From: Armatimonadia bacterium
Lineage (GTDB): Bacteria > Armatimonadota > Zipacnadia > Zipacnadales > UBA11051
Length of the DNA: 12,647 bases
NCBI GenBank assembly: GCA_039683575.1
Contig: JBDKRC010000321.1
Span: 1 to 12,647, forward strand
Direction: 5' to 3'
The notes beneath the pieces are model-generated. The model was given only the letters and a program-made list of their open reading frames with translations. It made no database searches and was not told the DNA's origin. Position numbers and translations under genes: made by a program. The stretch's first letter is position 1; each line of letters opens with the position of its first letter. Positions 1 through 8,112 of the stretch are shown here, in pieces.

Positions 1-1158
1 GGTCTGCCGCGGGTTGAGACGCAGGTGGCTCAATACTACTCTGACCAAAATACTGGCAAGCGGCGCACTGGCAACACCCGCGACTTCATCGAGTGCATCA
101 AGCTTGGCGAGGTGCTCCACGGCGACCAGGGCGTGGCCCATGCCCTGCTGTCCACCGATGTCCCGCCGCTGCTGGAGCCCCTCAATGCCGCTCTGCTGCT
201 GACGGAGTATGCTTCGAACCCCTGCGGCGTGTATCCGTGGGATTACCGCCAGATTGACTACCTCATCGAGATGGGTGAGATTCTGGGGCGTCCGAGCCTC
301 TGGACGTGGGGGGCGCTCTGCTTCGCTCACCCGCTGCGCCTTGACCGGGACGTGGTCAACCGCCTGGTGCGCATGTGCCGTGACGGCGCTGCAATCGGCA
401 TCACGGCCATGCCTGTGGCCGGGGTGTCCACGCCGGTAACGGTCGAAGGCTTCATCGCGGTCGCCGCCGCCGAAGTGGTCTCGGTGTGGATTGCCGGCCG
501 CTGCCTGAACCCCGAGGCGCCGCTCGCGGGCTCCATGTGGGCCGGCACCGTGGACATGAAGACCGGCGGCGTCAGCTACTCGGCGTTTGACGCCATGTAC
601 TACGCCTTCAGCGTGATTGAGTTCCTGCGACGGTGGACGGGGATCAGCATCCCGCCGGGCTCGGGGGAGTACTGCGACGCCAAAGAGCCGGGGATGTTCG
701 CGGCGCTTGAGAAGCACTACAAGGCCATGACCGTGGCGGCCTTCACCGGTCATCACCCGCCAACGGGGCAGGGGATGCTGGAGTGCGGCAAGACCCTGGC
801 CCCAGTGCAGCTATTGCTGGAGCGCGATCTGACGGCGGCGCTGGGGCAATATGGACGCGAGATCAGCCCGACCTTGCCGCAGATGGGCCTGGAGAGCATT
901 CTGGAGGTAGACCTCGGCCTGCACCAGAATCACTTGCAGACCATGCACACGCTGCAGCACTTCCGCCAGAGCCTCTGGCTACCGGAGTTGGCCGAGCGCG
1001 CCGGCTGGAGTGGCCCGCAGCAGGACGAGGTGGTCCTGCAACGGGCGCAACACAAGTTAGAAAACCTCTGGGCCACCTACCGCAAGCCGGAGCCCCGAGA
1101 CGGGCAACTGGCGCAAATGCGCGCGGTCATGGAGCGGGCGGCGCGGGAGTTGGTCTAG
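1..1158 (+). CDS. Trimethylamine/quaternary-amine:corrinoid methyltransferase family protein (MttB superfamily, non-pyrrolysine); 5' end lies outside the window
   Basis: Frame is open from base 1 (GLPRVETQVAQY...) to TAG at 1156-1158. MttB-type segments: 'HPLRLD', 'MPVAGVSTPVTVEG', 'VDMKTG', 'CDAKEPG..AALEK', 'GMLECGKTLAPVQLLLE', 'HTLQHFR', and C-terminal 'RAQHKLENLWATYRKPEP'. No in-frame amber codon in the visible part. Confidence 0.8.
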   Translation, partial: GLPRVETQVAQYYSDQNTGKRRTGNTRDFIECIKLGEVLHGDQGVAHALLSTDVPPLLEPLNAALLLTEYASNPCGVYPWDYRQIDYLIEMGEILGRPSLWTWGALCFAHPLRLDRDVVNRLVRMCRDGAAIGITAMPVAGVSTPVTVEGFIAVAAAEVVSVWIAGRCLNPEAPLAGSMWAGTVDMKTGGVSYSAFDAMYYAFSVIEFLRRWTGISIPPGSGEYCDAKEPGMFAALEKHYKAMTVAAFTGHHPPTGQGMLECGKTLAPVQLLLERDLTAALGQYGREISPTLPQMGLESILEVDLGLHQNHLQTMHTLQHFRQSLWLPELAERAGWSGPQQDEVVLQRAQHKLENLWATYRKPEPRDGQLAQMRAVMERAARELV

Positions 1159-1161
1159 GAC

Positions 1162-4100
1162 CTATTGAGGGGCAGCTTCCCCGGTCACCCCGCCCCAGGC
1201 GTCCCATGACTGCAGGCGGAACTGGTACTTGCGGTCAGCCCGCAGGAAGTAGACTTGCACCTTGTGGTCGGTGACGAGGTGCGTGTCCAGCGCCGTTCGC
1301 TGCCCGAACTTGCCGTCGTCGCCGTAGAAGACCTGTGAGGTCGTCGGGCGATCTGTTTTCCACGTCACGAGTGCACTCGGCTGGGCGCCAGCGAAGCCCT
1401 GCTGCGCCGGCTCTACGGCGACACGCTGCTCTGAGATCTCCGGGTGGCCAGCCGGGGCAGTCTGGCCCGCTGGTGGCACCGGTAAGCCCGTGAGTGCGAC
1501 CGGCTTGCCTCCGAGGCTGAGATCAATCTGGCTCGGCAGCGGGTACTCCACGACGCCCTTCTCCCCATTGAGGCGGATGTTGCAGTACGATATCGGGACG
1601 CGCGTCGCGCCAAAGGCGAGGTCGCGCGGGTTGCTCAGCATTGTGGCATCCTTCACAGACACCTGCGTCACCTTTCCTGCCCCGTCGCGCCGGATCAGCG
1701 CCAATTCCCCATCGAAGGCATAGTCGCCGTACTGGCGTTTGACAGCGCCATCATGTGAGATCAGGCACAGGTCGGTGAAGGTCTCGGTCGCTACCTCCGC
1801 CCGCAGGGCCGCCACGCGCTGCAGTTCCGCCTCCGGCACGCGGTAGGCCTCGAACTCCCGCAGCGCCAGTCGCCCGCCAGCCGGTCGCTCCACGGCAGCG
1901 CTGATCCGCATGGTGCGCACGGGTGAGAAGCTGGTCTGGCTGACCTGCCCCTGGCGCCAGGTTGTCTGCTGGCCGGGAGCCTCCACCCACTTGGTGCCGT
2001 CCCAGTACTCTATCGTCATCTTCTCCGGTGGGTACAGTATCTGGCTGCCGTTCCAGGTCCCGTGGTGCAGGACGACGTAGTTGAGCTCTACTTCGTCACC
2101 GAAGTCCACAGTGAAGCGTCCCTTGAGCAGCACGTTCGGGGTGTAGGGGCTGGAACTGACCGCGCCAGAGACGGTTTGGGCCGACGGATCGCCATCGGTC
2201 AGCAGCCCGCTGGTCGCCGCGATATCGCCCTGGTTGATCTCGGCGAGGCCCATGCGTTGTCGCGCCAGGTTCGGCCCAAGGACAGGCTGCAGCGTATCGG
2301 GATCATGTTTGGGTTTCGTGATCTTGCCCTCAATCTGCAGGCAAGCAGCCAGCGTCGGCGGAACGGGCTTGCCGTCCTGCGTGACCGGCAGCGACGTCAC
2401 CTTGATATCTGCCTTCGCCCCTGCCGGCGTCGGGTATAGCACATCGTAGAAAGCCTGCGGCAGCGTACCCTCGCGCGTGTAGACCGCCACAGGGGCCTTC
2501 ACGCGCTGGAAGCATCCGCCGGTCACCATCCAGCCCAGCATCGCCTCCCGCGTGTACTTGTCCTCGACCTTCATCGTGGTCTCCTGGGCCTGCGCAAAGG
2601 CCGCCTTCAGCCCCTCCGCATGCGCCGGCACGACCTGCACGTTCGCAGTGTCGGGGTTCTCCGAGACAGCAGCCAGGCTGGTCTCATCTATCCGGGCTTT
2701 CGCCGCATGCTGCTGCGTGGCCCCGGCGAAATGGAAGAACTGTTCGAGCTTGTGGCTACCCTCTCCCGTCACCAGGTCACACAGGATGTAGTAATCGGGC
2801 TTCACGAAGACCAGCTTGCGCCGGTGGGTAACCTTGAGGTGCTCATAGGCTCCCTGAGCCATGTCCGCGAGATCGAAAGCGCTTGTCGTCAGCCACTCGC
2901 GCGGCATCATCGGCGCCTTCTCAGCCCCCCGCAACTGGTCCTGCCCATCAACCTCGATGGTGTTGTGCAGGGCCGCGCGGTACCCCCAGCCCAGGAAGTA
3001 GTCACCAGCATCGGCCAGCAGGGGCTTGCCGTAGCCATAGAGGTCGAAGTGCAACCCGTCATTGTGGGCGTGGCCCATCGCCTGCGGCGTGACGTCAAAG
3101 TACAGATAGCGCGCGCTCTGCGGCTCCCAGCCGCTGCGAATTACGTAATAGCCCGAGGCGGGGAAGCCGGTTGAGCCGGGTAGAGAACCGCCCTCGGCGA
3201 GGGCGGCCTTCATCCGCTCATACGGGTCCTTGATCGCGTTGAGCTTCGCCTGCTGCTCCGGGGTCATCTGGCTGTGGATGTACGAGGTCAGAACACTGCC
3301 CATGAAGCCGCCGCTCCAGTCCGCCCGGCCATAGGTGTCCCCGACGTTCGGCATGCCGCCGTTAGGCATGGTTATCCACAGCATCATGCTCAGCAGCTTG
3401 CCGACCTGCGTCTTGGTCATCGCGGCCATTTCGCTGAAGCTCCCGCTGCCGGGGTTGGCCTGTAGGAACTCGAGGCATCGCAGCGCCCACGGCACCGAGA
3501 CCGTCTGGTACGAGATCGATTGCGTATCCCACGCCCCATCGGGCGAGGTGCGGTTGATGAGCGCGAAACGCAGGTTCTCCTCCCCCGACTTCATCCACTT
3601 CACGCTCTCGGTGAACTCGGGGTACATGACTGCCAGCGGGATCAGACCGGGGTACGAAACGCCCTCATAGGTCTGCAACTCCCGCGCCGATGCGATGAAC
3701 ACTTTCCAGAAAGCTAGATGCATCTCCGGCGTGAGGGACGGAGACTGCCGCACCACCTCATAGGTCACAATCAGGTTACACAGCCGGTTGCGGACCTCCA
3801 TCCCCGACTTCACCAGTTCCCCGTTGTTCATGTAGCCATACCCGCGCGGACACTGCTGCGACCAGGTCAAGACCGAGTGCCCGATCTCCTGTGCCAGCTT
3901 CTCGTCCTTGGTCTCCCTATACAGCCCCGAGAGCGCGTTCAGGTGGTTGAGTTGGTTGAGATACAAGATCCAGCTCAGGGCCGCGCTAGGGTTCTTCGTC
4001 CACTGAATCTCCGGCCCCATCTCGTACGTCTCCTGCTTCCCCGCATCGTTGTTGCTCAGCGTGAACTCGTGCTTCAGCCACTTCTCGGCCTGTTCCGGGG

Positions 4101-4398
4101 AGGTTTTGCTTTGCATGCAAGTCGAGTTGCCCTCGCCGATGCCGGGGGCCGTGGCGGGTGGGATGACGGGTTTGGTCCGGGTGGCGAAGTGCTGGATGAG
4201 AAGCTGCTGCGCGCGCGCCAGATCGCCGGCCTGCCGCGCCGCAGAGACGCCCTCAAGGCCGGGGTAGTCGGCTCTCACCAGCGCCAGTACCTCATTGAGC
4301 GTGATCTCCTGATCCACGGTCACGAGCGGGGTCTGCTGGCCGAAAGCGCTGCCAAAGGTCATGATCACCAACACCAATACTAGAACGAGTCTCATCAT
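1162..4398 (-). CDS. Probably secreted heparinase II/III-like polysaccharide lyase with an inserted F5/8-type-C (discoidin)-like module and a C-terminal FN3-like domain, ~1078 aa
   Basis: Start moved to ATG 4398 (or 4395) because GGAG sits at 4406-4403 and a signal peptide MMRLVLVLVLVIMTFGSAFG|QQ follows. Lyase motifs: 'LNQLNHL..L..LYRETKDEK', 'SGYYVIRSGW', 'GHAHNDGLHFDLYGYGKPLLADAG', 'HNTIEVDG', 'HRRKLVFVKPDYYILCD'. Discoidin-like stretch 'NLA...LTDGD...VDFG..VELNYVVL...IEYWDGTKW...LREFEAY' at ~2271-1843. FN3-like 'ALVTWKTDRPTTSQVFYG...YQFRLQSWD' at the C-terminus. Confidence 0.8.
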   Translation of the reverse strand: MMRLVLVLVLVIMTFGSAFGQQTPLVTVDQEITLNEVLALVRADYPGLEGVSAARQAGDLARAQQLLIQHFATRTKPVIPPATAPGIGEGNSTCMQSKTSPEQAEKWLKHEFTLSNNDAGKQETYEMGPEIQWTKNPSAALSWILYLNQLNHLNALSGLYRETKDEKLAQEIGHSVLTWSQQCPRGYGYMNNGELVKSGMEVRNRLCNLIVTYEVVRQSPSLTPEMHLAFWKVFIASARELQTYEGVSYPGLIPLAVMYPEFTESVKWMKSGEENLRFALINRTSPDGAWDTQSISYQTVSVPWALRCLEFLQANPGSGSFSEMAAMTKTQVGKLLSMMLWITMPNGGMPNVGDTYGRADWSGGFMGSVLTSYIHSQMTPEQQAKLNAIKDPYERMKAALAEGGSLPGSTGFPASGYYVIRSGWEPQSARYLYFDVTPQAMGHAHNDGLHFDLYGYGKPLLADAGDYFLGWGYRAALHNTIEVDGQDQLRGAEKAPMMPREWLTTSAFDLADMAQGAYEHLKVTHRRKLVFVKPDYYILCDLVTGEGSHKLEQFFHFAGATQQHAAKARIDETSLAAVSENPDTANVQVVPAHAEGLKAAFAQAQETTMKVEDKYTREAMLGWMVTGGCFQRVKAPVAVYTREGTLPQAFYDVLYPTPAGAKADIKVTSLPVTQDGKPVPPTLAACLQIEGKITKPKHDPDTLQPVLGPNLARQRMGLAEINQGDIAATSGLLTDGDPSAQTVSGAVSSSPYTPNVLLKGRFTVDFGDEVELNYVVLHHGTWNGSQILYPPEKMTIEYWDGTKWVEAPGQQTTWRQGQVSQTSFSPVRTMRISAAVERPAGGRLALREFEAYRVPEAELQRVAALRAEVATETFTDLCLISHDGAVKRQYGDYAFDGELALIRRDGAGKVTQVSVKDATMLSNPRDLAFGATRVPISYCNIRLNGEKGVVEYPLPSQIDLSLGGKPVALTGLPVPPAGQTAPAGHPEISEQRVAVEPAQQGFAGAQPSALVTWKTDRPTTSQVFYGDDGKFGQRTALDTHLVTDHKVQVYFLRADRKYQFRLQSWDAWGGVTGEAAPQ

Positions 4399-4527
4399 CC
4401 ATCTCCGGGCAAGCTGATTCTCAGTGGCTTTGAGTAATGACGCCAATGCCACGGGGGGCAACTTCGGCTTCGATGGGGGCCAGGCCTCCCTGCATGGGCA
4501 GAGCTCATGAAGCACGAGACAGGTGTC

Positions 4528-7209
4528 TCAGGGGGTGGAGGAGAGGGTGGCGGCGATGCGGGAGGCAGCCCAGCGGCGGAGGTCGGCGTAGCCGGGGCGG
4601 TTGCTGAGGGTGTCGGCGAGTTCGAGCGCCGGGACCGTCTGGCCCTTGGCATAGAGGTCCTTGATGGCGCTAATGACTGCGCTCTCGGACAGTGGTTGCG
4701 TGGTGCACAGGCTCACCATGCGCGGGAGGACCAGCGATGGCGGCGCGCCACCGACCAGGGCGCCGGAGAAGTGCCAAAGGGCCTCTTCCGGGCGCGAGCC
4801 GATTACCGCCGCTTCGGCGGCGACACGGTGGGCCTCGGCGAGGGTGGCCGGGGCGTTCAGGCGCAGGACCTGCTCGCAGAAAAGAGTAGCGTCATTGGCA
4901 AGATTGCAGCCGATGAGGCATTGGGCGCGTTCGAGAAGCCCCGCAGGGGTTGCCTCTGGGAGCGGGAGACGGTCGAGCCAGACGAGGGCCTCGCGGGGGC
5001 GGTCGAGCTTGCGCAACAGGCGGGAAAGTCCGAGGGTGCAAGCGGCACGGCCGTTGGCTGCCCCCGGGGTAGCGGTTGAGGTGTTGAGTTGCCCCTGCAG
5101 GAAGGCCAACCCCTGCTCGGGCTGTTTGGCCGCGATATATAGATCCGCCAGCGCGGAGTAGTATTGCTCAGACTCGGCTGTGGACAGGGCGAGGGCAGTA
5201 ACGGCTGCGGCGACGGCGGGAAGGTTGACAGCGCTTTCGCCCTTCACGATGAGGTCAGCACGTGCCGCCAGAAGCAGGCGATAGGGCTCCGCGCCGAGCG
5301 CCTGTGGGCCCGTCAGGCGCGCGAGAGCGTTGATCAGGTCGCTGTAACGCTGTTCCGCGAGGAGCACCTCACACAGGCCAGTACGCGCGGCCACCGTGTA
5401 TTCGGAGCCTTTGGCGAGGCGCTCGTAGATGGTGACCGCGTCGCGCCAGTTGCCTGCGGCGATGAACTCGCGGGCGGCAGTCATCGCCCACAGGCTCTGC
5501 TGAGGGTTAGTGTCAGTAAGAGCGCCCAGCCTGCGGGCTACGAGTGGCTGGCCGCCTTCCCTGCGGTAGACACTGCAAAGGCCGTCCAGAAGGTCCTGAC
5601 GCTCAGGAGTGGCGCGAAGGAGTTCGAGCAGGAGGCTTCCAGTCTGTGGCAGGCGATCCAACTGCGCGGCGACGTCTGTGAGGGTGTCGAGCGCGGCAGC
5701 GTCATAGTGGCCCTGCCGCAGGGCATTGACCAGGAGATCGTATGCGTCGTGGACGCGATTCTGCGCCAGGTGACAGCGTGCCAGACCGGTGAAGGCCGCC
5801 GCAGGTGGAGGAGTCTGCCCCACGAGCTTGCGGAATGCTGGTTCGGCGCGGTCAGGCTGACGGGCCTGCAGCAGGGCCTGTGCGGCGATAAGGCTGAGGT
5901 CAGGCTGACTGGCCGCGCCCTGCAGAGCGGATAGGGCAAGGCTGGTGGCGAGAGGGGCATCATCCAATTCCGCGGCAAGCATCGCGAGGCGGGCAGCAAG
6001 CGCGGGCTCTTTGCCTGCGTCAGGGGCGATCTCCTGCACCCGCCCCAGAGCCCACTGGCGCGCTCCGAGGCGCAGGGCCAGTTCGCTCTCATCAACCGTG
6101 TACTGCCCCTGGCCCGCGCGCTGCAGTTCGCGCCATTGAATGACGGCGGTGGCGGCGTCTCCGGCGGCGAGGGCTGCCTGGATAAGGCTTTCGCGCGGGG
6201 ACGGCTCCTGTGGCTTAAGCGCGACAAGGCGCGTCAGGTAATCCAGTGCTGTGGCGGTCTGTCCAAGCTTGCTGGCGAGTCCCGCAGCGGAGACTAACAG
6301 GGTCTCAGTCGGCTGCTGAACAGCGAGGACTGACTGATACTCCTGCAGGGCGCCCGCCGGGTCCTCATCTGTCAGCAGAGGGGCGAGCGCGAGACGATAC
6401 GCGGTATTGCGCGGGGCGAGCGTAATGGCCTGCCGGTACGCCGCGATGGCGGCGGGTTTGTTGCCGACGGCGAGGTAGCATTCGGCGACCTGTGCGCGCA
6501 GTGCCGGGTTGCGCGGGTCGGCCTGCTCCGCTGTCTGCAGGTACGGCAGCGCGCGATCAGGCTGTCCGGCCTGCATCTGCAGGGCGATGATCTGCTGCAG
6601 GTCAGCCCCGCTGGGCACCTGGAAGGTGGCGGCGCGCTCGTAGGCACGGGCGGCCTCCGCGTGCAGCTTCATCCCCTCATAGCACCGCCCGAGCAGGATC
6701 CAACCATCGGGGTTTTGAGGCGTGGTCTTCAGGGCCTTCTTCAGGATCAACTCGGCGTCGAGCGGCCGGTCCTGCTGCAGGGCATAGTCGGCGGCTTCGT
6801 TGACCAACTCGATCTTGTTGGGGCGTAGGATCAGGAGTTTGCGATACCAAAATGAGGCGCGCTCATAGTCGGTGGTGGAGGCATAGAGGCGAGCGAGGGC
6901 CGCGACGTACACGGCCTCTTTCGGCCGCACCAGATGAGCGCGGTGGAAGGCGGAAGCAGCAGGCTGGAGATTGCCGCTGCGCTGGTGAGCGAGGCCCAGG
7001 TGGTACAGGAGATTGGCATCTTTGGGGCTGGCAGCGGCCAATGGCGTGAGCAAGCGCACGGCCTCAGCGTACCGGCCCTGCTGCATGAGGTTTTGCGCGC
7101 GGCTGGTTGCAGAGGGCGCAGCCAGCGAGGCCGCGGCGAGAACAGCCGCGATGAGCCCGACTGCGCACCGGATGACCGGCCGGTTATTTCGACTTGTAGA
7201 TCTCGTCAG
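4528..7209 (-). CDS. Large tetratricopeptide-repeat protein with N-terminal signal peptide (~893 aa); start codon uncertain
   Basis: Many TPR-like helix pairs (e.g. '[31 protein letters not shown]', '[25 protein letters not shown]', '[32 protein letters not shown]'). Signal-like segment '[21 protein letters not shown]'. Start proposed at CTG 7209 with GAGG at 7219-7216; alternatives are ATG 7260 and ATG 7086. Stop TGA at 4530-4528. Confidence 0.8.
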   Translation of the reverse strand: MTRSTSRNNRPVIRCAVGLIAAVLAAASLAAPSATSRAQNLMQQGRYAEAVRLLTPLAAASPKDANLLYHLGLAHQRSGNLQPAASAFHRAHLVRPKEAVYVAALARLYASTTDYERASFWYRKLLILRPNKIELVNEAADYALQQDRPLDAELILKKALKTTPQNPDGWILLGRCYEGMKLHAEAARAYERAATFQVPSGADLQQIIALQMQAGQPDRALPYLQTAEQADPRNPALRAQVAECYLAVGNKPAAIAAYRQAITLAPRNTAYRLALAPLLTDEDPAGALQEYQSVLAVQQPTETLLVSAAGLASKLGQTATALDYLTRLVALKPQEPSPRESLIQAALAAGDAATAVIQWRELQRAGQGQYTVDESELALRLGARQWALGRVQEIAPDAGKEPALAARLAMLAAELDDAPLATSLALSALQGAASQPDLSLIAAQALLQARQPDRAEPAFRKLVGQTPPPAAAFTGLARCHLAQNRVHDAYDLLVNALRQGHYDAAALDTLTDVAAQLDRLPQTGSLLLELLRATPERQDLLDGLCSVYRREGGQPLVARRLGALTDTNPQQSLWAMTAAREFIAAGNWRDAVTIYERLAKGSEYTVAARTGLCEVLLAEQRYSDLINALARLTGPQALGAEPYRLLLAARADLIVKGESAVNLPAVAAAVTALALSTAESEQYYSALADLYIAAKQPEQGLAFLQGQLNTSTATPGAANGRAACTLGLSRLLRKLDRPREALVWLDRLPLPEATPAGLLERAQCLIGCNLANDATLFCEQVLRLNAPATLAEAHRVAAEAAVIGSRPEEALWHFSGALVGGAPPSLVLPRMVSLCTTQPLSESAVISAIKDLYAKGQTVPALELADTLSNRPGYADLRRWAASRIAATLSSTP

Positions 7210-7567
7210 GATCCACCTCGGGCTCGGAGATGGTCTCCCAGGCCCCGTCGCGCAGTTCATAGAAGAAGCAGCTCCGGCGGCCGGTGTGGCACGCCACACC
7301 AACCTGCTCGATCCCCAGCAGCAGGACGTCCTTGTCGCAGTCGGTGCGGATCCACTTGACCTTCTGCAGGTGCCCCGAGGACTCACCTTTGACCCAGAAC
7401 TTCTGGCGCGAGCGGCTCCAGTAGGTGGCATTACCGGTCTCGACAGTCGCCTGGAAGGATTCAGCATTCATCCAGGCAACCATGAGCACCTCACCAGTCT
7501 CCGCGTCCTGAGCAATAGCGGGGATGAGGCCGTTGTCGTCGAATTTGAGGTCGTCTATGAAGGTCAT
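7184..7567 (-). CDS. hisI: Phosphoribosyl-AMP cyclohydrolase (monofunctional, no HisE domain)
   Basis: Motifs 'GLIPAIAQD...VLMVAWMN', '[17 protein letters not shown]', 'DCDKD', '[10 protein letters not shown]'. RBS GAGGA 7 nt before the ATG. 127 aa. Confidence 0.96.
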   Translation of the reverse strand: MTFIDDLKFDDNGLIPAIAQDAETGEVLMVAWMNAESFQATVETGNATYWSRSRQKFWVKGESSGHLQKVKWIRTDCDKDVLLLGIEQVGVACHTGRRSCFFYELRDGAWETISEPEVDPDEIYKSK

Positions 7568-7581
7568 TGGGCAATCCTCGG

Positions 7582-7623
7582 AGCTTTACAGGATGTACAG
7601 GATAAAGGCAGGATGTACAGGAT
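7582..7623. repeat. Left 42-bp inverted repeat of the GxxExxY cassette (four CAGGAT units)
   Basis: AGCTTTACAGGATGTACAGGATAAAGGCAGGATGTACAGGAT matches the reverse complement of 8069-8110 at 38/42. Contains a 17-bp direct repeat CAGGATGTACAGGATAA (7589-7605 and 7609-7625). Confidence 0.95.
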
Positions 7624-7638
7624 AACGGAAGCGCGGAG

Positions 7639-8019
7639 TTACGAATTGAAGCAGCGCTTGTACTGGAGACGCGGAGTGCCGAAATTGACAAGCAGACCGG
7701 TCTTCAGCCCTGTAGCCTGCAGGTAATTAATGAGTTGCGCCTGATGCTCTGCGAGCAGGCTTGATACAGACTTCAGTTCTACAACAACCTCATCCTCAAC
7801 CAGCATGTCGGCGACGAATTCGCCTACGATGGTACCACGGAACATGACCTTCAACGGCACCTGAGCCTGCGCTCTGAGATGCCGGGAGTTCAGGGCTATG
7901 AGCAGGGAATTCTGGTACACACTCTCAGCAAAGCCGTGGCCGAGCTCGTTGGCTACGTCAAAACAACAGCCCAGTATCCGCCCCGTCAGATCGTCAGAGG
8001 ACAAAGGCTGGCGACTCAC
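7639..8019 (-). CDS. GxxExxY protein (PD-(D/E)xK nuclease superfamily, PDDEXK_3-like)
   Basis: 126 aa with 'ELGHGFAESVYQNSL' (G-F-A-E-S-V-Y = GxxExxY), 'FVADMLVEDEVVVELKSV' (D...ExK), and 'HQAQLINYL...GLLVNFG'. GTG start is uncertain. Lower GC than neighbours (29/60 G+C at 7741-7800). Confidence 0.92.
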   Translation of the reverse strand: MSRQPLSSDDLTGRILGCCFDVANELGHGFAESVYQNSLLIALNSRHLRAQAQVPLKVMFRGTIVGEFVADMLVEDEVVVELKSVSSLLAEHQAQLINYLQATGLKTGLLVNFGTPRLQYKRCFNS

Positions 8020-8068
8020 TCCCAGGAGCTTGGGTATTGGGATCTCCCCCAGTCAATTCTCGTGTCTG

Positions 8069-8110
8069 ATCCTGCAAATCCTGCCTCTATCCTGTACATC
8101 CTGTCAAGCT
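8069..8110. repeat. Right 42-bp inverted repeat of the GxxExxY cassette (four ATCCTG units)
   Basis: ATCCTGCAAATCCTGCCTCTATCCTGTACATCCTGTCAAGCT; its outer end is 2 nt from the hisF stop codon. Confidence 0.95.
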
Positions 8111-8112
8111 GA

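Larger units (their letters stand above)
7582..8110 (-). mobile_element. Putative inverted-repeat-bounded insertion cassette carrying a GxxExxY gene
   Basis: Terminal inverted repeats, AGCT at both ends (possible 4-bp target duplication), a single lower-GC gene, and a position interrupting hisF-hisI. Mobility is inferred; no transposase is present. Confidence 0.6.

Noticed and set aside
1156-1158. TAG of the MttB-like gene as a pyrrolysine read-through codon
   Set aside because: It falls at the normal family C-terminus, read-through would run antisense into the lyase gene, and TAG is the ordinary stop for hisD, hisB, hisH and hisA here.
4399-4515. N-terminal extensions in the ORF track for the lyase (from 4515), also hisH (from 10504) and hisF (from 8928)
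   Set aside because: Downstream ATGs have proper SD motifs and match family N-termini or a signal peptide; the hisH extension merely translates the REP doublet.
4410-4529. Promoter or terminator between the TPR and lyase genes (TTGGCG-N18-GAGAAT; GAGAC-AGGT-GTCTC hairpin)
   Set aside because: Weak consensus match, and a short stem without a U-tract.
7184-7467. 979-aa TPR ORF starting at 7467, or a +1 frameshift HisI-TPR fusion
   Set aside because: The extension is an off-frame shadow of hisI with no protein-like character. HisI ends normally, a signal peptide would be useless internally, and no clear slippery site is present.
7586-7625. CAGGAT repeats as a CRISPR array
   Set aside because: Units are 6-17 bp with no unique spacers of CRISPR length, and there are no cas genes.
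1413-7726. Numerous 60-260 aa alternative-frame and antisense ORFs (e.g. 5164-5934, 7013-7726, 3718-4383)
   Set aside because: They overlap well-supported genes, show no recognisable motifs, and are expected in GC-rich DNA.
8020-8050. Alternative GxxExxY start at in-frame ATA 8037 behind GGGGGAG
   Set aside because: Could be a decayed ATG, but cannot be distinguished from GTG 8019 without homolog alignment.
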